Source: Torpedo marmorata (Eukaryota). From it: DNA of 64,000 nucleotides. The notes beneath the pieces were generated by a model. It saw nothing but the letters and a program-made list of their open reading frames with translations. It was not told the origin of the DNA and did no database searches. Below, in pieces: positions 12,624 to 26,796 of this stretch; within the stretch, counting starts at the first letter, position 1; each line of letters opens with the position of its first letter. A program made the translations under genes and the position numbers. Location of the stretch: the NCBI GenBank assembly GCA_977017645.1, contig OZ360237.1:93000001-93064000 (forward strand), read 5' to 3'.

Positions 12624-15600
12624 TTTTTTAAATATTTTATTTAAAATTTAAAATCACAAAATACATAGAATAAAATATAAAATTGTCAAAAATACTTGTG
12701 ATACATTTTCACCCACCCTCCCAACCCCACAAATCAAATAAAATATAAAAAAGAAAGAAATAAAGAAGAAAAAGATAAAGTAAGGAGAATGTCAATCTAA
12801 TAAATACATCTACAAACTAATTTTATTATGGAGGTTTGGTAGCCAGTAGATCCAATGTCCAGAGATCTTCAAATCCTTAATCCAACAGTTTTCATATATG
12901 GGCTCCATATTTTCAAAAAGAAATGATATTTATTCCGTAAATTATAAGTAATTTTTTCAAGTGGTATACATGAACGAAGTTCTGCATGCCATCTTTCTAG
13001 CCCCAAATGAACATCAGATTTCCAAGTAATAGCAATGCATTTCTTTGAAACAGCTAAAGCAATTCGCAAAAATTCTATTTGATATATATTTAATTTCATC
13101 TTAATACCAAATTTTTTAGTATCTCCAAACAAAAATATCATAGGATCCATCGGAAATATAATCTTTTTTTTAAAATATTTTATTTAAAATTTTTAAATCA
13201 CAAAATACATAAAATAAAATATAAAATTATCAAGTTATTTGTGATACATTTTCACCCACCCTCCCCCCTCCCCTCCCCAACCCTCCCAACCCCACTAATC
13301 TAATAAAAATAAAAAATAGAAAATAAAAATAGAAAAAGAAAAAATAGAGTAAGGAGAATGCCAATCTATAAACTAATTCTATTATGGAGGTCAAGTGTGC
13401 CAGTAGATCCGATATCCAGAGATCTTCAAATCCTTAAACCAACAACTTTCATATATGGGCTCCAAATTTTTAAGAAGAAATTATATTTATTACGTAAATT
13501 ATAAGTAATTTTTTCAAGTGGTATACACGAACGAAGTTCTGCTTGCCATCTTTCTAATCCTAAATCTAAATCAGATTTCCAAGTAATAGCAATACATTTC
13601 TTTGAAACAGCTAAAGCAATTCGCAAAAATTCTATTTGATACATATTTAATTTCATCTTAATACTAAATTTTCTAATATCTCCAAACAAAAATATCATAG
13701 GATCCATTGGAAATGTAATCTTAAATACTTTATCTAAAAAAAATTTAACTTTAAACCAAAAATCATAAACTTTTGGACAAAACCAAGTAGAATGTACAAA
13801 AGAACCTTCCTCTTTATTACATCTAAAACATAAACCCGATAATGTCGGATTAAATGTCTTTAGTTTTTTAGGTGTTAAATATAATTGATGAAAAAAATTG
13901 TATTGTACTAATCTATATCTAACATTAATAATCTTCGTCATACTTAATTTACATAATTCTTTCCAATGATTTTCATCTATTCTTACATTCAAATCTAATT
14001 CCCATTTTAATCTTGATTTATGAATTCCTACTTTAGGCATTTTCCTCTGAAACAATTTATACATCTGAGAAATAAATTTATTTACATCTCCTTTAGTAAC
14101 TAATAATTCTTATTCATTCTGTCTTGGTAAAATCAAAGCATAACCTAATTTCTCAATCAGAAAGGCTCTAATTTGATAATAAGCAAAAAGTGTATTATCT
14201 AATATATTAAATTTATCTTTCATTCTTTGAAAAGTAATAAATTTCCCAGCTTCAAAACAATCATTAATTTTCTTAATTCCTTTTTGAAACCAAATTTTAA
14301 ATAATTGATTATTAATAGTAAATGGAATAAGTCCATTTTGATATAAAGGCATCCTTGAAGAAATCAATCCTTTTCCTCCTATTTCCTTATCTGTCTTATT
14401 CCATATTTCTAACAAATGTTTAAGAATAGGAGAATTTTTCTTTCTTGTTGATATTAATTTAGAATCCCATTTATAAATAACTTCTTCTTTGGAATCTTCT
14501 CCTATATTATTTAATTCTATTTTAATCCAAGCAGAAGATTTAGTTGAATCAAAAAATTCATTAACAAATTTTGATTGAGCTGCTTTATAATAATTTTGGA
14601 AATTAGGAAGTTGTAAACCACCCATTTCATAATTCCAAGTTAATTTTTCCATACCTACTCTTGCTAACTTTCCATAAAAATATTCTAATAATTGAATTTA
14701 AATCTTTAAAACATTTTTGAGGAATTTCATAAGGTATTGATTGAAAAAGATATTGAATTCTTGGAAAAACTTTCATTTTAATACAATTTACTCTTCCCAT
14801 TAAAGTTATAGGTAAATCTTTCCAATTTTCTAAATCTTTCTTTATTTTGGAAATATAATCTTAAATACTTTATCTAAAAATGTTTTAACTTTAAACCATA
14901 AATCATAAATTTTGGACAAAACCATGTAGAATGTACAAAAGAACCTTCCTCTTTATTACATCTGAAACATAAACCTGATAATGTCGGGTTAAATTTCTTT
15001 AACTTTTTAGGTGTTAAATATAATTGATGAAAAAAGTTGTATTGTACTAATCTATATCTAACGTTAATAATCTTCGTCATACTTAATTTACATAATTCTT
15101 TCCAATGATTTTCATCTATTATTACATTCAAATCTGATTCCCATTTTAATCTTGATTTATGAATTCCTACTTTAGAAATTTTCCTCTGAAACAATTTATA
15201 CATTTGAGAAATAAATTTGTTTACATCTTCTTTAGTAACTAATAATTCTAATTCATTCTGTCTTGGTAAAATCAAAGCATGACCTAATTTCTCAATCAAA
15301 AAAGCTCTAATTTGATAATAAGCAAAAAGTGTATTATCTAATATATTAAATTTATCTTTCATTCTTTGAAAAGAAATAAATTTCCCAGCTTCAAAACAAT
15401 CATTTATTTTCTTAATTCCTTTTTGAAACCAAATTTTAAATAGTTGATTATTAATAGTAAATGGAATAAGTCCATTTTGATATAAAGGCATCCTTGAAGA
15501 AATCATTCCTTTTCCTCCTATTTCCTTGTCTGTCTTATTCCATATTTCTAACAAATGTTTAAGAATAGGAGAATTTTTCTTTGTTGTTAATATTAATTTA

Positions 15601-18600
15601 GAGTCCCATTTATAAATAACTTCTTCTTTAGAATCTTCTCCTATATTATTTAATTCTATTTTAATCCAAGCAGAAAATTTAGTTGAATCAAAAAATTCAT
15701 TAACAAATTTTAATTGAGCTGCTTTATAATAATTTTGGAAATTAGGAAGTTGTAAACCACCCATTTCATAATTCCAAGTTAATTTTTCCATACCTACTCT
15801 TGCTAACTTTCCTTTCCATAAATATTTTCTAATAATTGAATTTAAATCTTTGAAAATTTTTTGAGGAATTTCATAAGGAATTGATTGAAAAAGATATTGA
15901 ATTCTTGGAAAAACATTCATTTTAATACAATTTACTCTTCCCATTAAAGTTATAGGTAAATCTTTCCAATTTTCTAAATCCTTTTTTATTTTCACAAATA
16001 GTGGTAAATAATTTAATTTATAAAAATTAGCCAATTTTGTATCAACCCTTATTCCCAAATATTTAATTCCTTCTTTTTCCCATTTAAATTGTGTAATTTC
16101 TTTACATTTACTGTAATCCCCTTGTGATAATGCCATAATTTCACTTTTATCAGAATTAATTTTATATCCTGATATTTCCCCATATTCTCTCAATAACACA
16201 GACAGTTGTACTAAAGATGTAGTAGATTTTGTCATATATATCAATACATCATCTGCAAATAAACTAATTTTATGTTCTTCCGTTCCAACTTTAATACCAA
16301 CTATTTTAGGATCTTTTCTAACTAATTCAGCCAAAGGTTCTATCGCCAAAATAAATAACGCTGGTGACAAAGGACATCCTTGTCTAGTAGATCGAGTCAA
16401 AGGAAATCTTGAAGAAATCTGTCCATTTGTAGTCACCTTAGCAGTTGGTTCTTTATATATAGTTTTAATCCAATTAATAAACGTAATTCCAAAACCAAAT
16501 TTCTCCAACACCTTAAATGAAAAATTCCACTCTAATCTATCAAAAGCCTTTTCGGCATCTAACGGTAATACTAATGGTAAATCTTCTTTCTTTTTTTGTA
16601 AATTAATTAAGCTAATTCATCTAGCTATATTATCTTTTGAATATCTATTCTTAATAAAACCAGCTTGATCTACATGAATTAAATCTGGTAAATAATTGGC
16701 AATTCTATTAGCTAAAATTTTTGCCATTATCTTATAATCTACATTTAACAATGAAATAGGTCTATATGACTCAGTTTTCAATACATCTCTATCTTTTTTT
16801 GGTATAACTGTAATTATTGCATTTAAAAATGTATCCGGTAGTGAATGAGTTTCCGTAATTTGATTTAATACATCCATATACGGAGGTATCAATAAGTCTT
16901 TAAACTCTTTATAAAATTCTGCTGGAAATCCATCATGCCCTGGAGATTTACCACTCGTTAAAGAAGTAAGAACTTCATTAACTTCCCTCATTGAGAAAGG
17001 TAAATCTAAAGCTTCTCTACTCTGAATATTTAATTTAGGTAATGTAATCTTAGATAAAAATCTATTAATTTTAGAATCATCTTGATCAATCTGAGATTTA
17101 TATAAATTTAAATAATAATCTTTAAAAGAATCATTTATTTCTCGAGGTTTGTAAGTTATTTCCCTAGAATTCTTTTCCTTAATAGCATTTATAGTTCTAG
17201 AAGTTTGATCTTTTTTTAATTGCCACGCCAAAACTTTATGTGCTCTTTCCCCTAATTCATAATACCTTTGTTTAGTTCTTTCAATTAATTTTTCCATTTT
17301 ATATGTTTGTAATAAATTATAATGTAATTTTTTCCCAACTAAATTATTCCTTTTTTGAATTGATCTATTTTTTGTAAGTCTTTTTCCAAACACTCAATTT
17401 CCTTCTCTAAATTATTAACCTCTCTAAAATAATCCTTCTTAATTTTTGCTGAATAACTTATTATCTGACCTCTTAAATAAGCTTTTAAAGCTTCCCATAT
17501 AATAAATTTATTATTAGTAGAATTGGAATTTATTTGTAAAAATTCCTGAATTTCCCTTCTCATATAATCACAAAAATCTTTTCTTTTTAATAAAGAAGAA
17601 TTAAATCTCCAGTTATATACAGTTTTTTCTTTTTCCGGAATTATACAAGATATTAATAAAGGTGAATGATCAGAAATTATTCTCGCTTTATAAATTGCTT
17701 GTGTTATTCTATCTTGAACCTGTGAAGATAACAAAAATAAATCTATTCTAGAATATGAATCATGTCTAAAAGAATAAAACGAATAATCTTTTTCTCTAGG
17801 ATTCAGTTTCCTCCAAATATCTATTAAATTTAAATCTTTCATCAAAGTAAGAACTTTTTTAGCAATTTTAGTTCTAACAAGTGATCTTGAAGTTTTATCC
17901 ATTATTGGATCTAAACAACAGTTGAAATCTCCACCAACTAAAATATTCTCATTAGCTTCTGACAAGTGTAAAAAAGAATCTTGAATAAACTGTTCATCAT
18001 CTACATTTGGAACATACAAATTCATAAGTGTCCAAAATTCTGAATATATATGACAATGAACAATAACATATTTACCTGCCACATCTGTAACTATCGATTG
18101 TATATTAAAAGGTAACTTTTTATTAATTAATATAGCTACCCCTCTTGCTTTAGAGTTAAATGAAGAAGCCACCACTTGACCAACCCATTCTCTTTTTAAT
18201 TTTTGATGTTACGAATCTACCAAATGCGTCTCTTGTAAAAAAGCTATATCTACATTCAACTTTTTAATATATGCTAAAGTTCTCTTTCTTTTAATCGGAT
18301 TGTTGAGCCCATTTATATTAATACTTACTATATTTATTTTTTTGCTATCCATCATTGCCAAGCTTTATCAAATCTCTTTCGATCAAATCTACCAGCTCTC
18401 CCCTCCAAGATTGTAAACTATTTGACATCTCCTTGAAAAAAACAATAAAAAGAAATAAAAGAAAGAAGAAAAAACAAAACCCCATTGAATAAAATACTGG
18501 TAAAATTACTCCAGTATTACCCCCCTCCATTGTTCGAGAAGTGGCTCTCGCCACTAAAGTGGTGTATGGCTAGGAAGAAGAGAGACAAAAAGTCCACCTC

Positions 18601-20168
18601 CCCCCAACTGATTTTACAAAACATTTATAATCATAACTTTATTTAATTGACCCAATGTCTACATTGTCTTGATCTTCTTCAGTCTGAACATCGATTTCCT
18701 CGTCTTTTCTTGAAATACATGGCAAAGAAACTTGTAGTGATGAAATCTCTTGACCATATTGATAACCCATCAAATCTTGATTTCTCCTCAAAGTAGGAAG
18801 AGCTTGTGCATGCCGTAACGCTTGTTGGGGATCCATAAAAGGGATAGAACTATTATCTCCAGTTTGAATCTTCAAAATCGCAGGGTATTTAAAAGAAAAC
18901 TTGTACCCTTTTTGCCAGAGAAGTGATTTTGTTGAATTAAATTCTTTCCGACTATTAACCACTGCAGCAGACAGATCAGGATAAAAAAAGGACTCTATTA
19001 TTATTATTAACCATCAGTGGAGATTTTTCAATTTTCGCTTTCTGAATAGCTGCTCTTAATATTTTTTCACTATCTTGAAATCGGAGACATTTAATCAAGA
19101 CGGGATGTGATCTTTGACCCATATACCGGTCTCGTGGCCCAATTCTATGAGCTCTTTCCAACTCCACTGGCTTATCCAAAGACAATACCTGAACAAGCCA
19201 ATCTTGAAAAAATTGAGTTATATCCTGTTTTTCAAAATTTTCAGGAAGTCCCACAATTTTAATATTATTTCTCCGGCTTTGATTTTCCAATTGATCCAAT
19301 TTCTATAAAAGTTGATTTCTTTGTTGTTCTCAACCTGTAAATTAATCTTCTATTTTATCAACTCTTTCCTTATGGTCCACAAATTCTTCATAATTATTTT
19401 TGACATCCTTATCAATATCTTGAACTTTAGCTTTCACTGTATTTAAATTATTTCTCAAACCTTTTACATCTTGTTTCACCTCTTTAATTTCTTCTGCCAT
19501 TGACTTAAATCCAAACTCTATATGAGATTCCATACTTGAAATAGCCTTGAGTATTTGTTGTAAAGTTTGGCTTATTGAGGAATCCTCTTCAGCTGAGTCC
19601 TCAAGGTTACCTTCCAGTTCCCTCATCTGTTGTTGTAACTTTTGTTTTGATTCTTTTGCCTTGTCTTCAGAGTCTGACGATGTTTCATGCTCCACAGCGT
19701 ATAGTAACGTCTGTGGAGCGTCTCCTCTGCTGTCAAATTCCTCTGACAGTTCACGTTGTCTATCGCGCATGCGCGTCTTATCGCGCATGTGCGGCTGTTC
19801 CAGGATCATTCTTGTAGTTTTTCTCCGAGCGCCGGCGCCATCTTCCCCAGCTCCCTGGGAGAGTAGCGCCGGCGCTGCAGTTACCTTCGGCCACCTTGAT
19901 CGAGACATCTTCGGAGGGAAGGTTACCTGAGTCTCAGGCTCCATCGAACGGGTAGGCCTTTTTTCCTCTTGCAGTAAAACTGTTTGTAACAATGCTTTCT
20001 TTGCTTTTTGCTCTTTGGTTTTTCTAGAGGCCATTGCTAAATAGGTAATGATAGTATTCAATCTGTTTTTAAATTGTATGAAGTTATTTAAATTACTTTT
20101 TTAACTAAATCTGTGGGGAGAGGTGTATTCTCACGTCTTCAGCCTACACCATCACGCCACGCCCCCCC
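12624..20168 (-). mobile_element. L1-C: full-length L1 of the L1-B group, frameshifted, with a nested copy of the same family
   Basis: 17-bp TSD cctcctcctgttttctt at 12607-12623 and 20169-20185; ORF1 18639-20061; ORF2 pieces about 14874-18350 plus the C-terminus at 12869-13150. Confidence 0.93.
13166..14848 (-). mobile_element. 5'-truncated L1 (same family) inserted in L1-C ORF2
   Basis: Has its own poly-T and 3'UTR; 14-bp TSD ggaaatataatctt at 13152-13165 and 14849-14862. Confidence 0.92.
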
Positions 20169-20389
20169 CCTCCTCCTGTTTTCTTGTGTATTGGGTGGGA
20201 AATGCCTTTACTCAGATGTACAAAGAGAAAATTCTTGAGTACTCAGTCAAGCAGCATCTACTGAGAGTGAATTAGAACGTGTCAATGAGTGTACCTTTGA
20301 ACCCATAATCCGACCAATTACCTGCAGTCTGTCTTGGGTCTGCAGCTATCTGCTGATAAGTGTGTCCCTCTGCTCACCCTCTCTTTGTC

Positions 20390-22040
20390 GACCACTGACG
20401 CCTCCCTTCCGGACAGACTGAACATCGTCTATGCACGGTTTGATGAGAACAGGATGATGCTGAAGAAAGCTCCGTGTCCCCCTGATGAACGGCCTGCATA
20501 GCCGCAGCCAAGGTGAGGAGAGCCATATCCAAGATGAACCCACACAAGGCAGCAGGACCAGAAAACACACCTGGTCGGGTACTAAAGGACTGCGCAGCCC
20601 AATTGACAGAGGTCTTAACGGACATCTTCAATACCTCACTGCAGCAGTCCATCATTCCCGCAGGGTTCAAGACAGCTACCATCATGCCCCAAGAGGGCGA
20701 CAATAACAGGCCTCAATGACTACTGCTCTGTGGCACTGGCCTTCACAATTATGAAATGCTTCGAGTGTCTGGTGATGGAATGCATCAAAGCACACCTCCC
20801 AGAGATGTTGGGCCCATTTCAATTTGCCTGTTGAAGAAACTGTTCCACAGACGATGCTATAGCCTTGTCGCTTCACTCCGTCCTAACCCACCTGGAGAAT
20901 GACGCCTCATATGCCAGTCTGCTGTTCATCGACTTCATGTCGGCATTTAATACGGTCATTCCAGAGGCGGATGGAGAAGCTGTCCTCGCTGGGAATCAAC
21001 ACCCCTCTCTGTACCTGGATTCTGGACTTCCTAACGGAAAGACTGTCCAGGTCAGTAACAGAACGTCAAGCACCGTCACGCTGAGCACTGGTGCACCTCA
21101 GGGCTGTGTGCTCAGCCCGCTCCTGTTCACACTACTGACCCATGACTGCATCACCAGCTCCAACAGAGTCATCAAGTTTGCAGATGACACAACAGTAATT
21201 GGCCTCATCAGCAACAACGATGAGTTGCACTACAGAGAAGAGGTGGAAAATCTCGTGATATGGTGCAAGAGTAAAAACTTGAGTCTCAACGTGGACAAGT
21301 CGAAGGAGATGATCGTAGACTTCAGGAGGACCAGGAACGACCACCCTCCACTACACATCAATAACTCTGTCGTGGAGAGAGTAAAGAACACAAAGTTCCT
21401 TGGAGTTCACTTAACTAGTGACCTATCATGGATACTCAACATCTCCTCACTTGTCAGGAAGACGCTACATCGTCTGCACTTCCTGAGAAGACTGAAGCGG
21501 GCAAGGCTACCGGCCACCATCATGTCAACCTTCTACATGAGCTTTATCCAGAACGTCCTGGCTGGCTGCATCACAGTGTGGTACGGTTGCTGCAGAGAAA
21601 TGGATCAGATGTCAATCCACAGGACCATATGAGTGGCAGTGAGGATCACTGGAGTCTCCCTTGCCCCCATCAACGTGATCTACTGGGATCGTTGTCTGAA
21701 GAGGGCGCACAAAATCATTGAGGACGCCTTCCTCCCTGCACACATAATCTTTCAGCTCCTCCCGTTGGGAAAGAGATACAGGAGTATCAGAGCCAGCACC
21801 ACCAGGCTGAGGAATAGCTTCTTCTCACGGGCAGTGAGAATGCTGAACGACCAAAGGAACTGCTCACACTAACCATCCGAGACTCTCATATTCATGAAAC
21901 AATATTTATTTACTTGTTCTGCATATGTATTCTTTATTTTGTCTGGTTGTGTGCCTGCGTGTTTTGCACTGAGGACCGGAGAATGCTGTTTCTTCGGGTT
22001 GTACTTGTACAATCAGGTGACAATAAACTTGACTTGACTT
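20390..22040 (+). mobile_element. Rex/Babar family 2, truncated, (CTTGA)n tail
   Basis: RT ORF 20865-21632 (GAPQGCVLSP, KFADDTT); ends aataaacttgacttgactt. Confidence 0.85.
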
Positions 22041-23469
22041 GCAGCATGTGAAGCTTTCCTCTCTGCCACTGGTTCCTCCCATTTAACTACTGTTCCTCTG
22101 CCTTTTGATACTGACCCAGTTGCAGCTACAGTTGAATCCCCATGCCTTTCCTGGTCCGTCTGCTCTGTGAACCTTGTCAAATCACTTGCTAAGATCCATT
22201 TATAGGCTGCATCAAATGAGCCATGCCTGTCATTCAAAGCAACCCACACAGAGAATGGGTCCTGACTCCCTGCAATGTCAATTGTCATCAGACTCTACAT
22301 ACTTCTAAGCCACTGATTCAGGGGCCATCAGCTTCTCATACATAGCCGGCAGGTATCAGCCTAGCTTGAGGGGTAACAGAAGTAGGAATCAATGGATGAG
22401 AGGATTAGTTAGAAAGATGATCTGAGAGCTGGTGTTGACTCGCTGGGCCCAACGAGGGACCATTGTTAAATTCACTTGTCACCGACACGTCATCGTTACT
22501 GAGGGGCATCGGTGTCCTGCCCTGGTTGCTGTGACAGGTCACCACCCCAACAGTTACTGTTGAACCATTATCCATTAGTCACCCACTTGCTGTTTACACG
22601 ATTACCTCTCAATCACTGGCTGATAACCATCTGAGTGTTGCTGCTCAGTCGTCATCGTTCATCAGTCCTCCCAGACTCTTTGACCAATGAGTCATATTCC
22701 CACCAAGTTTGCCGACCATTTATACCAATTCTGCCTCATCTCATCAACCCTTCCAGAATCTACCAGTTATCTGTACCATGGACAATTAACCTACCACCCA
22801 CACGGGTCTGGGGTGTTAGAACAAACAGGAGCACCCAGGGGAAACCAATGTGATCACAGGGAGAAGGCACAGACTCTACATGGACAGTGCCCAGGGTCGG
22901 GAATGAACCCGAGTCTCTGGAGCTGTGAGACAGCGGTAGAGGGTCCTGACCCAAAACATTGACTTACCATTCCTACCCATGGATTTGGTTGAGCTGCTGA
23001 GTCCCTCCAGCTTCTCATTGTTTGCCTGTCTGGTCTCTGCTCAGCTTGGGCAGTCAGCATAGTTCATGCACTCAGCATGGACTTTTTGCCCACATACTGG
23101 AGTCAAGTCTGAGTGTCTAATGTCCCAGAGTGCTATAGTTGGCAGTTAAGCATGCTGGCTCTCGCTAATGACAATGTTAACCTCTGGAAGTCACGTCTTC
23201 GAGTCCCAGAGACCTGACCAATAAAACAATGGTCCCAATAAACTCGCGATTTCCCCTCCTCCATGAACGGTTTACAGGTTGTTGCTTTGCCCCTCTCCAC
23301 ACTGGGCCCATAACTGGCTGAGTCAGAACACAACACATCAATGAGCTGCTGGGAGTTTCCTGTGCTGACCATTAACTCTCTATGGGACACCTTGTCCCGT
23401 TTAACACTGTTTGCCAACTCGCTTCAGGTACTGGTTGGTTAACTGTCATCTTGTTTGAGAAATGGCAGT

Positions 23470-26400
23470 AGAATCAGAATCAGAATCAGAATTTATTGTG
23501 ATGAACAAGTCATGAAATTCGGTGTTTTGCGGCAGCATCGTAGTGCAATTAACATTCATATTAACCATTCTAACGACATTACTATAAAAAATTCTAAACA
23601 ATAGTGCACGAAAAGTAAGGCAGTGTCTTTGGTTCATTGATTATTCAGGAATCTCATGGCAGTGGGGAAGAAGCTGTCCTTGTGCCGTTGAGTGCTCGTC
23701 TTTAGGCTCCTGTACCTTTTCCCCGATGGAAGCAGAGTGAAGAGGGCATGGCCTGGGTGGTGGGGGTCTTTGAGGATAGAGGCTGCTTTTTTTAAGACAC
23801 CGCCTCATGTAGATGTCCTCGATGGAGTGAAGTTTGGTGCCTGTGATGTCACAGGCCGAGTTAACAACCTTCTGGATTTTACTCTTGTCCTGGGAGTTGG
23901 CGCCACCATACCAGGCAGTGATGCAACCAGCCAGAATGCTCTCCACGGTACACCTGTAGAAGTTTACGAGAGTCTTTGGTGACATACCGAATCTCCGCAA
24001 ACACCTCACAAACTATAGCCGCTGACGAGCCTTCTTTGTGATTGGATCCACGTGGATGCTCCAGGACAGATCCTCGGAGATGTTGACACCCAGGAATTTG
24101 AAGTTCTTGACCCTCTCCACGACTGAGCCCTCGATGAGGACTGGGTCGTGTTCCCCTGACTTCCTCCGGAAGTCCACAATCATCTCCTTAGTTTTGCTGA
24201 CATTGAGCTCAAGGTTGTTGTCATTACACCATTCAACGAGCTGATCTATCTCCCTCCTGTACGCTTCCTCATTGCCGTTTGTGATTCTTCTGACAACTGT
24301 GGTGTCATCGGCAAACTTGTATATGGCATTGGAATTGTGCCTGGCCACACAGTCATGAATGTATAACGAGTAGAGCAGTGGACTAAGCACGCATCCTTGG
24401 GGTGCGCCTGTGTTGATAATCAGTGAGGAGGAGACGTTGTTTCCAATTCGTACTGACTGTGGTGTTCCGATGAGAAAGTCAAGGATCCAGTTGCAGAGGG
24501 GGGTACAGAGGCCTAGAGTTTGTAGCTTCTTGACCAGCACTGAGGGAATAATGGTATTGAAGGCCGAGCTGTAGTCGATGAAGAGCAACCGTATGTATGA
24601 ATTGCTGTTTTCGAGGTGATCTAGAGCTGAGTGGAGAGCCAGCGATATTGCATCTGCTGTGGAGCGGTTGTGGCGATAGGCGAATTGCAGTGGGTCCAGA
24701 TCTTTGCTTAGGTATGTGTTAATTCTGGCCATGACCTGCCTCTCAAAGCATTTCATCACAGTAGAAGTTAGTGCTACTGGGCCATAGTCGTTGAGGCAGC
24801 TCACACTACTCTTCTTGGGTACCGGGATGATTGATGCCCTTTTGAAGCAGGTGGGAACCTCTGACTGCCGCAATGAGAGGTTGAAAATGTCCGTGAACAC
24901 TCCGGCTAATTGTTTGGCGCAGATTTTTAATACCCTGCCAGGTACACCGTCAGGGCCTGACGCCTTGCGAGGGTTCACCCTCTTGAATGATGTTCTGACG
25001 TCGCCCTCAGAGACAGATATCACAGGGTCCTCAGCCTTTTCAGGGATTCTAGTAGGCACTGTTTTGTTCTTCTTCTCAAAGCGGGCATAGAAGGTGTTCA
25101 GCTCATCGGGTAGTGAAGCATCACAGCCGTCTATAGTGTTCGCCCTCGCTTTGTAGGCTGTAATGGCCTGCACTCCCTGCCATAGCTGGCGTGTATCTGT
25201 CTCTGTCTCTAGCTTCCTTCGGAATTGCCACTTTCCTTCAGAGATGGCCTTCCGCACGTCGTGCCTGGACTTTTTGTAAAGATCCCGGTCCCCGGCCTGA
25301 AACGCTCTTGTTCTCGTCCTCAGCAGGTTGCGAATTCTTTGATTCATCCAGGGCTTCTGGTTGGGGAACACCCGGTATTTGCGCGTGGGCACACACTCAT
25401 CCACGCAGGTCTTGATGAAGTCGGAGACACATGTTGCATATTCATTTAGGTCTATGGCTGAGTGCTTGAATATGTTCCAGTCCACCGATTCAAAGCAGTC
25501 CTGCAGACGCTCCTCCGCCTCCCTCGACCACACTTTCGCCATCCTCTCCACTGGTGCTGTGGTCTTCAGTCTCTGCTTGTACGCCGGGAGTAGAAGTACA
25601 GCCAGGTGATCAGACTTGCCGAAGTGCGGTCGTGGTATGGCTCGGTATGCGTTCTTCACAGTGGTGTAGCAGTGGTCGAGTGTGTTGGTTCCCCTGGTCT
25701 CGCAAGTGATGTGTTGGTGGTAGTTTGTTAGTGACTTCTTCAGATTGGCCTGATTGAAGTCTCCAACAATGATCGGGAAGGCATCAGGATGTGCTGTCTC
25801 ATGGCTGTTTATCACAGTGCTCAGTCCCTCCAGTGCCAGCCTGACGTTAGCCTGGGGCGGAATGTACACTGCGACCAAGATGATGGCGGTGAACTCCCTC
25901 GGCAGATAGAATGGGCGACACTTGATTGCCAGATGTTCCAGGTCGGGGGAGCAGGACTGGGACATGACCGTCACGTCTGTGCACCATGTTGAGTTGTTGA
26001 TGATGACACACACGCCGCCTCCCCTGGCTTTTCCAGACGCCGGTGTTTGGTCAGCGCGATGGAGGGTGTAGCCCTTGGGCTGTAGCGCCATGTCTGGAAT
26101 GTCCTTGTTTAGCCACGTTTCTGTAAAGCACATCACGCAGCACTCTCTGATGTTGAAGTCTGGCTTGGAGTTCATCAAATTTGTTCTCCAAGGATTGTAC
26201 GTTGGCCAGGAGGATGGTAGGGAGCGGAAGCTTCAGGTCCCCGCGTCTCAGCTTGACTTGTAGCCCCCCTCTGCGTCCACGTGGTCGGGACTTCTTTACC
26301 TGGCCTGTGGGTCCACTGCCAGTAGTTCCCGCAGTGTTTAAATGGTCGGAGCGCTGTCCCTTTAAATCCTGCGCGATTTGTAATTGTGTTGAGCGCCTGC

Positions 26401-26520
26401 TGTTTGCGACTCCCGCGAAGTTTAAATGGCCCGTTCTCTGGCCGTTTAAAACTCCCGCGGTGTTGTTGTTGTGCTTGGGTGAGTTGTTTAAAGGTCCCGC
26501 GGCCCGACGGAGTTTTTGTC
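23470..26520 (-). mobile_element. Rex/Babar-type LINE family 1, near full length, (GATTCT)n tail
   Basis: 721-aa endonuclease+RT ORF 24013-26178 (CFTETWL, GKSDH, KFADDTT), C-terminal ORF 23641-24009, upstream PLPTILLANVQSLENK in another frame; 5' limit approximate. Confidence 0.88.
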
Positions 26521-26796
26521 ACTACAAGATGTGTCCTCACAAGAACTGCTCTGATAGTGTTTCCTGCTTTGTTCAAGGTCCCTTCGTCCCCAGCACTGAA
26601 CAAAAAACACCTACCTGGTATCTAACTCTGCTGGCATATTATATACCCCAAAGACCACTGTTAAAAGTAAAATTACTTGTGTTTATTTACATCTGCTTTG
26701 ATGCCTGATGGTGTTAATTGCCCCTGAAGCGTCCTGCAGGTTGGTGCTAGTGTAGCATGCTGTGAATCAGCCGTTGCTCTCTCTCCTTGTTTCCAG

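Noticed and set aside
13166-16000. Assembly-derived tandem duplication of L1 ORF2
   Set aside because: The copies differ at many sites, and the inner one has its own poly(A) and 14-bp TSD
22040-23460. Possible additional exons or ncRNA in non-repeat-looking sequence
   Set aside because: No recognisable protein, tRNA or snoRNA pattern by eye; includes SINE remnants; an Rfam search would be needed
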